A stretch of 45,317 nucleotides of DNA from Flavobacteriaceae bacterium (GCA_013042715.1 JABDPN010000169.1:1-45317); one strand, 5' to 3'. Shown: positions 37,087 to 44,857, counted from the first letter of the stretch. The notes: a model not told the origin generated them from the letters alone. Translations and numbers: made by a program.

Positions 37087-37103
37087 ATTTTAATTAAAAC
37101 CAA

Positions 37104-37120
37104 ACGATTTTAAAAATCGT
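37104..37120. promoter_or_regulatory. 17-bp AT-rich palindrome between the small ORF and SulP
   Basis: acgatttt-a-aaaatcgt, 26 nt upstream of the SulP ATG. Could be an operator or weak hairpin. Confidence 0.25.
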
Positions 37121-37146
37121 GATTATTAATCAATATTTAATTAAAA

Positions 37147-39006
37147 ATGAAACAACTATTTTCAAACATAAGAGGCGATGCCTTTGGAGGTATCACAGCG
37201 GGTATTGTTGCGTTACCACTAGCATTAGCCTTTGGAGTATCCTCTGGATTAGGTCCAAGTGCTGGATTGTATGGCGCAATATTTATTGGCTTTTTTGCTG
37301 CTTTATTTGGTGGAACAAACACACAAATATCAGGGCCTACTGCACCAATGACAGCCGTAAGTATGGTAATTATTGCAGGAATTATAGCATCTAACGATGG
37401 CGATGTAGAAAAAGCGCTACCAGCAATTCTAACAGTATTCTTGCTAGCAGGTTTAATGCAGATTGGTATAGGGATTGTAGGACTTGGAAAATACATTAGA
37501 TACATACCTTATCCTGTAGTGTCTGGCTTTATGACAGCTATTGGTGTCATAATTTTAGTAACTCAAATTCTTCCTTCTATTGGGTACTATCCAAAAGAAG
37601 ATCTAGATTTTGTTAATCAATTTAAACCTCAGGCAGAAGAATTAATTTTAGAAAACATTTTAAAAGATGAAGCTGGAGAAGGCATTCTTGTTTTGGAAGA
37701 TTTTAAAGAAACGATATCTAGAGCAGAACAAGTTTCGCAAGACGATATTTTAAAAGAATCTAAAACACTAGCTGGGAAAGATGCTTCAGGAGTTGTTGGA
37801 GCTTTAAAAATACTACCAAGAGCATTACAAAACATAAATTGGTTAGAATTACTTTTAGCTTTAGGAACCATATTTATTATTTATGGTTTTAAACGTATAA
37901 CTACAAAAGTACCAAGCACCTTAGTAGCACTATTAGTTATGTCCACAATTGCAATTATTGGAGGATTAGACTATAGGCCAATTCCTGAGATACCACAAGG
38001 TTTACCAGAATTTAAGTCTGAAATTTTTACAAATTTCACATTTGTAAGTTTGACACCTTATATATTTACTGCCCTTACTTTAGCATTGTTAGGAGCAATT
38101 GATTCTCTTTTAACAAGTATTGTTGCAGATAACATGACTAAAACTAAACACAAACCTAACAAAGAACTAGTAGGTCAAGGTATTGGTAATAGTATTGCAT
38201 CATTATTTGGTGGTATTCCTGGGGCAGGAGCAACTATACGTACAGTTGTTAATATTAATTCAGGAGGAAAAACAAAATTGTCTGGTATGATAGCTGGAAT
38301 ATTATTGTTTATTATTCTATTAGCATTAGCTCCAATTGCTTCAAAAATTCCTGCTGCTGTTTTAGCGGGGATATTGATTACTGTTGGTATAGGAGTTATG
38401 GATTACAAAGGTTTAAGAGCAATTCCGTATTTACCAAAAGATGTAAAACTAGGTCCATTTAAGTTTAGTATGGAAGTGGTTATAATGATTACAGTACTTG
38501 CGCTTTCTACATTCTGGAATTTAGTTTATGCTGTAGGTATTGGATTAGTTATTGCATCGTTAATGTTCATGAAAAAAATTGGAGATTTAACGGCAGAGCG
38601 TTCTGATGTTAAGACTCTAAAAGAAGAAACCTGGTCTGATGAAATGAATTTCCCAGAAGAATACAAGGAAGAAGTGTTTATAAAGCACTTAAAGGGACCT
38701 TTATTCTTTGGTTCTACAAGCGAATTTCAAGCTTTAGCAAATCAAATTCCTGAAACTGCTAAAGAAGTTGTGATGCGTCTAGATAGAATGCAATACATGG
38801 ATCAGTCTGGTTTATATGCTATGGAAGATATGATTCAAGACTTACGAACCAAAGGTATTGAAGTTTTGTTTATAGGCTTACTTGAACAACCGCGATATAT
38901 GATGGAACGTATTGACATTATTCCAGATTTTATACCAGAAGAACATATTTTTGAAACTTTTGAAGATTGTATGAAGTGGATTAAATCAAACGTTGAACAC
39001 AATTAA
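37147..39006 (+). CDS. SulP-family inorganic anion transporter with C-terminal STAS domain
   Basis: 619 aa. N-terminus FSNIRGDAFGGITAGIVALPLALAFGVSSGLGP, multiple TMs, GAIDSLLTS, and the STAS region FIKHLKGPLFFGSTSEF...MDQSGLYAMEDM. Confidence 0.9.
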   Translation: MKQLFSNIRGDAFGGITAGIVALPLALAFGVSSGLGPSAGLYGAIFIGFFAALFGGTNTQISGPTAPMTAVSMVIIAGIIASNDGDVEKALPAILTVFLLAGLMQIGIGIVGLGKYIRYIPYPVVSGFMTAIGVIILVTQILPSIGYYPKEDLDFVNQFKPQAEELILENILKDEAGEGILVLEDFKETISRAEQVSQDDILKESKTLAGKDASGVVGALKILPRALQNINWLELLLALGTIFIIYGFKRITTKVPSTLVALLVMSTIAIIGGLDYRPIPEIPQGLPEFKSEIFTNFTFVSLTPYIFTALTLALLGAIDSLLTSIVADNMTKTKHKPNKELVGQGIGNSIASLFGGIPGAGATIRTVVNINSGGKTKLSGMIAGILLFIILLALAPIASKIPAAVLAGILITVGIGVMDYKGLRAIPYLPKDVKLGPFKFSMEVVIMITVLALSTFWNLVYAVGIGLVIASLMFMKKIGDLTAERSDVKTLKEETWSDEMNFPEEYKEEVFIKHLKGPLFFGSTSEFQALANQIPETAKEVVMRLDRMQYMDQSGLYAMEDMIQDLRTKGIEVLFIGLLEQPRYMMERIDIIPDFIPEEHIFETFEDCMKWIKSNVEHN

Positions 39007-39033
39007 CTTATATAATTTCTAAAAACAATAAAA

Positions 39034-39663
39034 ATGAAAAATATAGCAATAACAAAAGATATTCAAGATACATTATCCCCAAAATCTGTTTTAACAGATT
39101 TAATAGAAGGGAACAAAAGGTTTGTTTCTGCAAATATGCAAGACATAGACCATAAAGCTTTGGTAGAACAAACAGTAGGAGGACAATATCCTAAGGCTGT
39201 AATTTTAAGCTGTATAGACTCAAGAGTTCCTGTTGAAACGATTTTCGATCAAGCAATTGGAGATGTTTTTGTAGCTAGAGTTGCAGGAAATTTTGAAAAT
39301 ACAGATATTTTAGGAAGTATGGAATACTCTTGTAAAGTAGCTGGGAGTAAATTGGTTTTCATATTAGGACATGAAGCTTGTGGTGCTGTAAAAGCTGCTT
39401 GTGATGGTGTGGAGCTAGGTAATATCACAGCACTGTTAGAAAATATTATACCTGCTGTTAAACAATCTGCTACAGAGGTAGAAGGTGAGACAAATTCATC
39501 TAATAGTGAGTTTGTTGCTAAAACTGTAGAGAACAATGTTAAGTTAACTATGGAGCGTATTAGAGAACGCAGCCCAATCCTAAAAGAAATGGAAGAAATG
39601 GGTGAAATTAACATTGTTGGAGGCGTTTATATGTTGTCTTCAGGCATAGTAGAATTAATATAA
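39034..39663 (+). CDS. Beta-class carbonic anhydrase
   Basis: 209 aa. Zinc ligand motifs SCIDSRVP and GHEACGAV, 27 nt downstream of SulP. Confidence 0.9.
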   Translation: MKNIAITKDIQDTLSPKSVLTDLIEGNKRFVSANMQDIDHKALVEQTVGGQYPKAVILSCIDSRVPVETIFDQAIGDVFVARVAGNFENTDILGSMEYSCKVAGSKLVFILGHEACGAVKAACDGVELGNITALLENIIPAVKQSATEVEGETNSSNSEFVAKTVENNVKLTMERIRERSPILKEMEEMGEINIVGGVYMLSSGIVELI

Positions 39664-39684
39664 TTACTAATATTTTATATTAAT

Positions 39685-39714
39685 AAAAAAGCCGCTTTAT
39701 ATAGCGGCTTTTTT
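39685..39714. terminator. Bidirectional rho-independent terminator between convergent units
   Basis: aaaaaagccgct-ttatat-agcggctttttt. A-run and T-run on both sides. It sits between the carbonic anhydrase (+) and the 229-aa membrane protein (-). Confidence 0.8.
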
Positions 39715-39731
39715 AATCCAATAATCCAAAA

Positions 39732-40421
39732 TCAAATTGATTTTATAGACATGTTTCGGTTTCTTATAATTATATATCCAAAATAAATCAATACTAAACC
39801 AATTAGTTCAGTAATAAATAAAACCTCTACATATCCTAATCTAGTAAATGTACCTCCAATTCCAGGGAGTAAAGCGCCAATGGCAATAAATATATTACCT
39901 CTAAAATGCGCTTGTTTGTCTTTATAACCATAATATTTAGTTGCAGAATAAATAGCCCCTCCCACTAAGAATATAAATGAATACACATTTATTAAAGGCG
40001 AAAAACTTCTCACCCATTTCCATTCAAACACAGCTCCAGTTAATCTATAATCAAAACCATCTGGCATTGCTATTGGTGTTTTTATTACAAAATATGAAGC
40101 AACTAATATTAATCCTATAAAAAGTATTGATGTAATATGAGCAAACCACCTATTCATAAGTAGATATACAGAACCTTGTGCAAGAGGAAATCCTCCTAAA
40201 AGTGCTCCAACTATATACCAGTATTTAAGATTTATCTCATTCCATCCAAAAATAGCATGAATACTTTCCGCAAACGTACCTAATCCAAAAGTCATTACAC
40301 CTAAAGTCCACCAAAGTAAGTAAGATGTTTTACGCGCTTGATAATGGTTAAATATTTCTCTAATAAAATATATTGAGAAAAGTGTAGTTGCAATAGGGAT
40401 GTATTCAATAAACTTCTGCAT
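39732..40421 (-). CDS. Hypothetical integral membrane protein (about 6 TM), last gene of the TBDR-HmuY operon
   Basis: 229 aa, strongly hydrophobic with about 6 predicted helices. The ATG overlaps the HmuY-like stop (TAATG at 40421). No recognised family. Confidence 0.6.
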   Translation of the reverse strand: MQKFIEYIPIATTLFSIYFIREIFNHYQARKTSYLLWWTLGVMTFGLGTFAESIHAIFGWNEINLKYWYIVGALLGGFPLAQGSVYLLMNRWFAHITSILFIGLILVASYFVIKTPIAMPDGFDYRLTGAVFEWKWVRSFSPLINVYSFIFLVGGAIYSATKYYGYKDKQAHFRGNIFIAIGALLPGIGGTFTRLGYVEVLFITELIGLVLIYFGYIIIRNRNMSIKSI

Positions 40422-41029
40422 TATTCAAAAATGGTTGTGCCAGAGTTAGGCTGATAAACATAATTAAAAGTATAGTAACGATAATTATTATATTCTGCGT
40501 TTGGTTGGCCATCTTGGTAGTAGCTAAGAATTTCCATTTTAGCATATTTCCCATCACGTGTTCTTAAAACTATAATTTTCCCTGCAGTTGGATTAATAGA
40601 GTGAGTAGGTGGTCCGGAATACGTGTACCAGTCACTCAAAACAGCACCATTAACAGAATCCTGCTCCAGTAAAGTTGTATTAACAGAAGCCACTCCAGCT
40701 AATGTACTATTTTCAAAATAAGCTGCAGCATTACCGGTACGCTCTGGCTCATCAGTAGCTCCTGAGGACATTCCTCCGTTAACAATTATAGATGTACCTC
40801 TAAATGCGATATCCCAATCGGTAGTACTAGTTGTAGTTGCTCCAGTTGAGAAATCAAACTTAGTAAAATCACCAGACACTGGTTCACCAAAACCACCGTC
40901 CTGAGGCGCATATAAATTGCTTATTGTATCTGATTCAATTTCCAATACTACTGGATCATTATCATCATCACTACAAGATGTAAATCCGATAAAAATGACT
41001 AAAAGTGTAAATAATTTAATTGTTTTCAT
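40421..41029 (-). CDS. HmuY-family lipoprotein (putative haem/tetrapyrrole-binding hemophore-like protein)
   Basis: 202 aa. Lipobox GFTSC followed by an acidic linker. DWDIAFRGTSIIVNGG and ..IVLRTRDGKYAKMEILSYY.. resemble the HmuY family. It is adjacent to a TonB-dependent receptor. Confidence 0.65.
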   Translation of the reverse strand: MKTIKLFTLLVIFIGFTSCSDDDNDPVVLEIESDTISNLYAPQDGGFGEPVSGDFTKFDFSTGATTTSTTDWDIAFRGTSIIVNGGMSSGATDEPERTGNAAAYFENSTLAGVASVNTTLLEQDSVNGAVLSDWYTYSGPPTHSINPTAGKIIVLRTRDGKYAKMEILSYYQDGQPNAEYNNYRYYTFNYVYQPNSGTTIFE

Positions 41030-41048
41030 GTTTAAAAATATATTTAGT

Positions 41049-43166
41049 TTAAAATTTAATATTCAATGTGCCATAAAATAATCGTCCTGGAATGTTAGCT
41101 ATAAACACTTGGTCACCTGCAGATTCAGGCCAATCAGTAAAATCAAAAACATTATCAATTCCAATACCCAGTTCGTAGTTCTTAAAAACGGTTTTATTTA
41201 TTGCTAAATCCCATATAGAAAAACCTTCAACAAAGTCATCATATTTATCAATATAACCGTTTACCGTTCCGTTGGTGTCAAATAAACCGTATTTACTTCT
41301 GTAAACACCTCTAATATTTGTATTTAACCCTAAATCTTTATTTTCATAAAAAAGCTTTACATTGGCCATATATCTAGAGCGATTGGGAAGCCCAAAGTAA
41401 TCGTCTTTGCTTAACTGAACTGCTCCTTGAGGTGTAGAAGCAAAGGCTTGACCACTTTCAAAGATAGCTTCAGCATCCTTATCCTTAGCAATCAAGTATT
41501 GATAGCCACCAGATATTTTAAATTGTTCGTTAGCCTGCCAATTAGCATTGAATTCAAAACCCTGAGTGTAAGCTTTATTGACATTTACATAGCTAAAAAC
41601 TCCATTTTGAGTTGACTTAACAGCAACCTGTCTACTATCAATTAAGTCTGTGATATCATTTCTGAAAAAGTTGATTTCAAAATTCAAAGCGTGTATTGGT
41701 CTGTAAGTAAACCCAACATTATAAGCAATAGAACTTTCCGGTCTTAAAGCCCCTCGAAAATCAGAAACAAAATCATCTATCTGAGCTTGATTGTAACTAG
41801 CAAGCAAAAGGCCATTATCAAACATCTCTTGCAATACAGATGGAACCATATTGTAGCCCAAAACCGTATAACCACCAAAACCATCAAGATCAAAATACAA
41901 CTGTCTAAAGTCTGGTGCCTTAAAACCATAACCCACAGACCCTTTCACAGCTAATTCATCTGTAATTTCATAACGTAAAGCAGATTTTGGACTAAATTGT
42001 GATTTGTAATCGGAGTGACTATCATATCGAGCACCTAAAATGAGGTTTAATTTTTCTGTTATATCCGCATCATATTGCAAAAAGATATAAGGCGAATTAA
42101 AAATAGGTTGCACACTAAAATCGTTACGCTCCAAGGATTCATGATCCATTCCCAAACCTCCTATAAACGTGGTTTTATAATTGGGCTCAAAAGTAGCACG
42201 AATCTCTGGCCTTATCAATAATTCATCATAATTACTCTTACTGACAAGCTGATTAGTTTCGGAGTCATTAAGTGTTTGTTCTGTATCATATCCTGTAGCA
42301 TAAAACTCAAAATAACTACTCCATTTTTCGTGGTATTTGTGATTGAGTTTCAAGTGTGTATTCCATTCATAGGTTATTATATCACCCTGTTCTGTTTGTG
42401 TGGGTACGTAATCTTGATTTTGATGAAAACCACGAAATGATACAAACAGATTGGTATCATCACTAAAATCATATTGTAATCTTGGGTTAATGGTAATATT
42501 ATGATACGGATCTACTGTATTAACATTAACGGCATTATTTAAATCATAACCATCACTACTATTATAGTTTATAAAGCCATTAAGACGTAATTTTCCTTTT
42601 CTGTAACCTAAATCCAAGTTTAAATCGTGAGAATTAAACGTGCCAAAGCGATAATCCAAATCACCTTTTAAACCCTGCTGTTTTGGTAAATCGGTAATAA
42701 TATTTATAACACCACCCAAAGCCTCACTACCATATAGACTTGATGATGCTCCTTTAACGATTTCAATTTGTTTGATGTTACCAACAGTTAGTCTGCTTAA
42801 ATCCAAGGTTCCAGCAGAACGACCTACCAAAGGCACTCCATCAATGAGTATTAAAGTATATTGCGGGTCTAATCCTTGTATTTGCACACCCTCGCCACCA
42901 ATAAAACCTGGAACCGTAATTATGCCTGTTTGCTCATTTAATATCCCATTTAATCTTATAGTATTGACAGATTTCAATTCCTTTTTAGAAACTAATTTAG
43001 CAGGTAAAGGCAACGAAGATAATTGTCTGTAAGTTCTTGTTGCAGTTACTATTACATCATCTAGTTGTTGCGTTAATACAGTATCTTTTTGAGTTGTCTT
43101 TTCTTCTTGCTGTGCTTGTAAGTTTACTGATAAGACAATCAATAGGATTGATAAAATGTATCTCAT
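41049..43166 (-). CDS. TonB-dependent outer-membrane receptor (plug plus 22-strand barrel)
   Basis: The track ORF starts at a GTG at 43190. The ATG at 43166 (MRYILSILLIVLSVNLQAQ signal peptide) is favoured and is preceded by a -7 box. TonB box/plug DDVIVTATR, IEIVKGASSSLYGSEALGGVINIIT. FRAP-like FKAPDFRQLY. Terminal ...LNIKF. Confidence 0.88.
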   Translation of the reverse strand: MRYILSILLIVLSVNLQAQQEEKTTQKDTVLTQQLDDVIVTATRTYRQLSSLPLPAKLVSKKELKSVNTIRLNGILNEQTGIITVPGFIGGEGVQIQGLDPQYTLILIDGVPLVGRSAGTLDLSRLTVGNIKQIEIVKGASSSLYGSEALGGVINIITDLPKQQGLKGDLDYRFGTFNSHDLNLDLGYRKGKLRLNGFINYNSSDGYDLNNAVNVNTVDPYHNITINPRLQYDFSDDTNLFVSFRGFHQNQDYVPTQTEQGDIITYEWNTHLKLNHKYHEKWSSYFEFYATGYDTEQTLNDSETNQLVSKSNYDELLIRPEIRATFEPNYKTTFIGGLGMDHESLERNDFSVQPIFNSPYIFLQYDADITEKLNLILGARYDSHSDYKSQFSPKSALRYEITDELAVKGSVGYGFKAPDFRQLYFDLDGFGGYTVLGYNMVPSVLQEMFDNGLLLASYNQAQIDDFVSDFRGALRPESSIAYNVGFTYRPIHALNFEINFFRNDITDLIDSRQVAVKSTQNGVFSYVNVNKAYTQGFEFNANWQANEQFKISGGYQYLIAKDKDAEAIFESGQAFASTPQGAVQLSKDDYFGLPNRSRYMANVKLFYENKDLGLNTNIRGVYRSKYGLFDTNGTVNGYIDKYDDFVEGFSIWDLAINKTVFKNYELGIGIDNVFDFTDWPESAGDQVFIANIPGRLFYGTLNIKF

Positions 43167-43192
43167 TAGATTTGCGTTGTTAAATAACACAT

Positions 43193-43200
43193 CAAAGGTA
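43193..43200 (-). promoter_or_regulatory. Candidate -7 box (TAccTTTG on minus strand) for the TonB receptor operon
   Basis: Plus-strand caaaggta, 26 nt upstream of the ATG at 43166. It overlaps the alternative GTG start, which argues against that start. Confidence 0.45.
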
Positions 43201-43256
43201 TTTACAATGTTTTTTAAAAAATAACGCTAAAAGGTTTATTTGTGTCGATAAAAGCA

Positions 43257-43264
43257 TATCTTTG
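43257..43264 (+). promoter_or_regulatory. Candidate -7 box TAtcTTTG for the AraC-family gene
   Basis: Perfect TAnnTTTG, 92 nt upstream of the ATG at 43357. Confidence 0.35.
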
Positions 43265-43265
43265 T

Positions 43266-43283
43266 TAAATACTATAAATACTA
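43266..43283. repeat. Exact tandem direct repeat 2 x 9 bp (taaatacta taaatacta), bracketed by an 8-bp inverted repeat
   Basis: The copies are at 43266-43274 and 43275-43283. The flanking arms are aaaagcat (43250-43257) and atgctttt (43284-43291). This is the divergent TBDR/AraC control region and a candidate AraC-type direct-repeat operator. Confidence 0.6.
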
Positions 43284-43318
43284 ATGCTTTTAAGGTTTTA
43301 TGACTACTTAAAAACATG

Positions 43319-43333
43319 ATAAATGTCATTTAT
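43319..43333. promoter_or_regulatory. Perfect 7-1-7 palindrome ATAAATG-T-CATTTAT just upstream of the AraC gene
   Basis: Read directly at 43319-43333, 23 nt upstream of the ATG. It is AT-rich and metalloregulator-operator-like, but it does not match the classical Fur box. Confidence 0.4.
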
Positions 43334-43356
43334 TTAAAAAAAATAACGAAAAAAGT

Positions 43357-44208
43357 ATGTATAAAGAAATTGAAGTTCAAGAAGGTTTTAATGTTATAAA
43401 ACTAGAAAATCTAGATAAAGATATTTTAAATTACTCCAGAGAGGTTAACAGCACATTTATTCAATTACACTTTTGTTTATCAGAAATAGGTAAACTGCAT
43501 TTTGGACCACATTATAGTATTGAGGTAAAAAAGGAAAACTCTTTATTGCTGTATAATCCCAATCAGAATTTACCCATAAGCTTGAGTCTGGAACCAAAAT
43601 CTAAGTATCTCATATTTATCGTGTCCATAAAAGTATTTCACACATTCTTTTCGCAGGTAGCAGAACTCATTCATTTTTTGGATGAAGAAAACATTGACAA
43701 GAAATACTATTTAGACAAACCTCTTACACCATCAGAAGTCTTGGTGTTAAACCAGCTGTTTAAAAACCAAAACACAAACTCATTAGACGAATTATATTCA
43801 AGAGGTAAAGTATACGAGTTATTAAGCCTTTACTTTAATAAAAACAACGGCAATAATCAAGCTTGTCCTTTTCTAGATGATGAGGAGAACGTTGAAAAGA
43901 TCAAAAAGGCAAAACAAATTATTATAGACAATATTTCAGAACCACCTTCGTTGCAGGAATTAGCAGGCACTATTGGTTTATCACTTTCTAAACTTAAAGA
44001 AGGATTTAAGGTTATTTATGGTGAATCGGTATTCAATTTTCTATTAGATTATAAACTGGAATATGCTCGAAAAATGTTGCTTTCTAAAAAATATAATGTT
44101 TCTGAAATTAGCCTTAGAGTAGGTTATAGTACATCAAGCCATTTTATTGCAGCTTTTAAGAAAAAGTATGGAACAACACCTAAGCAGTATATAATGAGTT
44201 TGACTTAA
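43357..44208 (+). CDS. AraC-family transcriptional regulator
   Basis: 283 aa. C-terminal double HTH (PSLQELAGTIGLSLSKLKEGFK ... ISLRVGYSTSSHFIAAFKKKYGTTPKQY). The N-terminal sensor domain is unrecognised. Confidence 0.88.
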   Translation: MYKEIEVQEGFNVIKLENLDKDILNYSREVNSTFIQLHFCLSEIGKLHFGPHYSIEVKKENSLLLYNPNQNLPISLSLEPKSKYLIFIVSIKVFHTFFSQVAELIHFLDEENIDKKYYLDKPLTPSEVLVLNQLFKNQNTNSLDELYSRGKVYELLSLYFNKNNGNNQACPFLDDEENVEKIKKAKQIIIDNISEPPSLQELAGTIGLSLSKLKEGFKVIYGESVFNFLLDYKLEYARKMLLSKKYNVSEISLRVGYSTSSHFIAAFKKKYGTTPKQYIMSLT

Positions 44209-44732
44209 ATTGTATTGGATTCTTCAGAAGTATTTTCAGAATCGTTCTCTTCAGAATTTAAGAGTATTGGCATAATCATAGGAGCTAATGCTTCTATAGG
44301 TTTGTAAAGTACAGAGCTTTCAGTGTCTTCTTCAGAAACAAAAGGAATCGTTTTATTTAATTTAGAAAAGATCATTAAAACGACACTTAAAATTAAGGCA
44401 ATTTTCAAACCACCAAAAACAGCTCCAAGGAGTTTATTTAAGAATCCAAGAGCAGCAAAATCGGCAAGTTTTGTTAGTGCTTTTCCAGCTAGAGAAATTG
44501 CTAATACTATTATTACAAATGTTATAGCAAAAGCGGTAATGTTAATGGTTTTTTCGTTCCAATCTACATGTTCCATTAAAAAATCTGCAGCAAAATTACT
44601 AAAATGAATGGCACCAAAAATTCCTGCAATTAAAGCTACAAGAGAGGCAACCTCTACAAACAATCCTTTCATTAATCCTCTAACAACTCCAAATAAGATT
44701 AATGCACCTAAAATAATGTCAATTACTGCCAT
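44205..44732 (-). CDS. cvpA: CvpA-family membrane protein
   Basis: 175 aa. The N-terminus IDIILGALILFGVVRGLMKGLF and four TMs are typical of CvpA. Acidic C-terminal tail. Confidence 0.8.
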   Translation of the reverse strand: MAVIDIILGALILFGVVRGLMKGLFVEVASLVALIAGIFGAIHFSNFAADFLMEHVDWNEKTINITAFAITFVIIVLAISLAGKALTKLADFAALGFLNKLLGAVFGGLKIALILSVVLMIFSKLNKTIPFVSEEDTESSVLYKPIEALAPMIMPILLNSEENDSENTSEESNTI

Positions 44733-44748
44733 AAAACTTAAGTTTAAA

Positions 44749-44756
44749 CAAATATA
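44749..44756 (-). promoter_or_regulatory. Candidate -7 box (TAtaTTTG on minus strand) for cvpA
   Basis: Plus-strand caaatata, 16 nt upstream of the ATG at 44732. Confidence 0.4.
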
Positions 44757-44824
44757 GTTAATAAAGCATTTTAAATTCTCATGTTTTTAAATAGACTTTT
44801 ACTCAATGAGACAAACAGGTTTCT

Positions 44825-44832
44825 TAACTTTG
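44825..44832 (+). promoter_or_regulatory. Candidate -7 box TAacTTTG for the 118-aa ORF/pheS
   Basis: Perfect TAnnTTTG, 25 nt upstream of the ATG at 44858. Confidence 0.45.
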
Positions 44833-44857
44833 AACTTTTAAAACATGAAATTATTAT

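Noticed and set aside
37119-37505. 91-aa plus-strand and 122-aa minus-strand ORFs overlapping the SulP N-terminus
   Set aside because: The SulP frame carries the conserved N-terminal SulP motifs. The alternatives are Cys/Trp-rich or Pro/Ala-rich shadow frames.
39249-39614. 121-aa minus-strand ORF inside the carbonic anhydrase gene
   Set aside because: It is antisense to a CDS carrying both beta-CA zinc-ligand motifs, so it is a shadow ORF.
43167-43190. GTG-initiated 8-codon N-terminal extension of the TonB receptor (MLFNNANL)
   Set aside because: The ATG at 43166 gives a canonical signal peptide. The candidate -7 box (43193-43200) sits directly upstream of the GTG, leaving no room for a leader.
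43319-43333. Interpretation of the 7-1-7 palindrome as a canonical Fur box
   Set aside because: It does not match the classical GATAATGATAATCATTATC / TGATAAT-N-ATTATCA arrangement beyond being AT-rich. It is retained only as an unassigned operator candidate.
21951-44607. Further short nested ORFs (21951-22187, 28896-29096, 31698-31880, 32351-32641, 33591-33800, 34084-34290, 35459-35647, 37629-37871, 41427-41615, 42772-43032, 44323-44607)
   Set aside because: Same reasoning as above. They are antisense or alternate-frame overlaps of confident genes.
44734-44745. 12-bp perfect palindrome aaacttaagttt immediately upstream of the cvpA start codon
   Set aside because: It is short and AT-rich and occupies the ribosome-binding region. 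It is plausibly a chance occurrence in DNA of this composition, and nothing else supports it.
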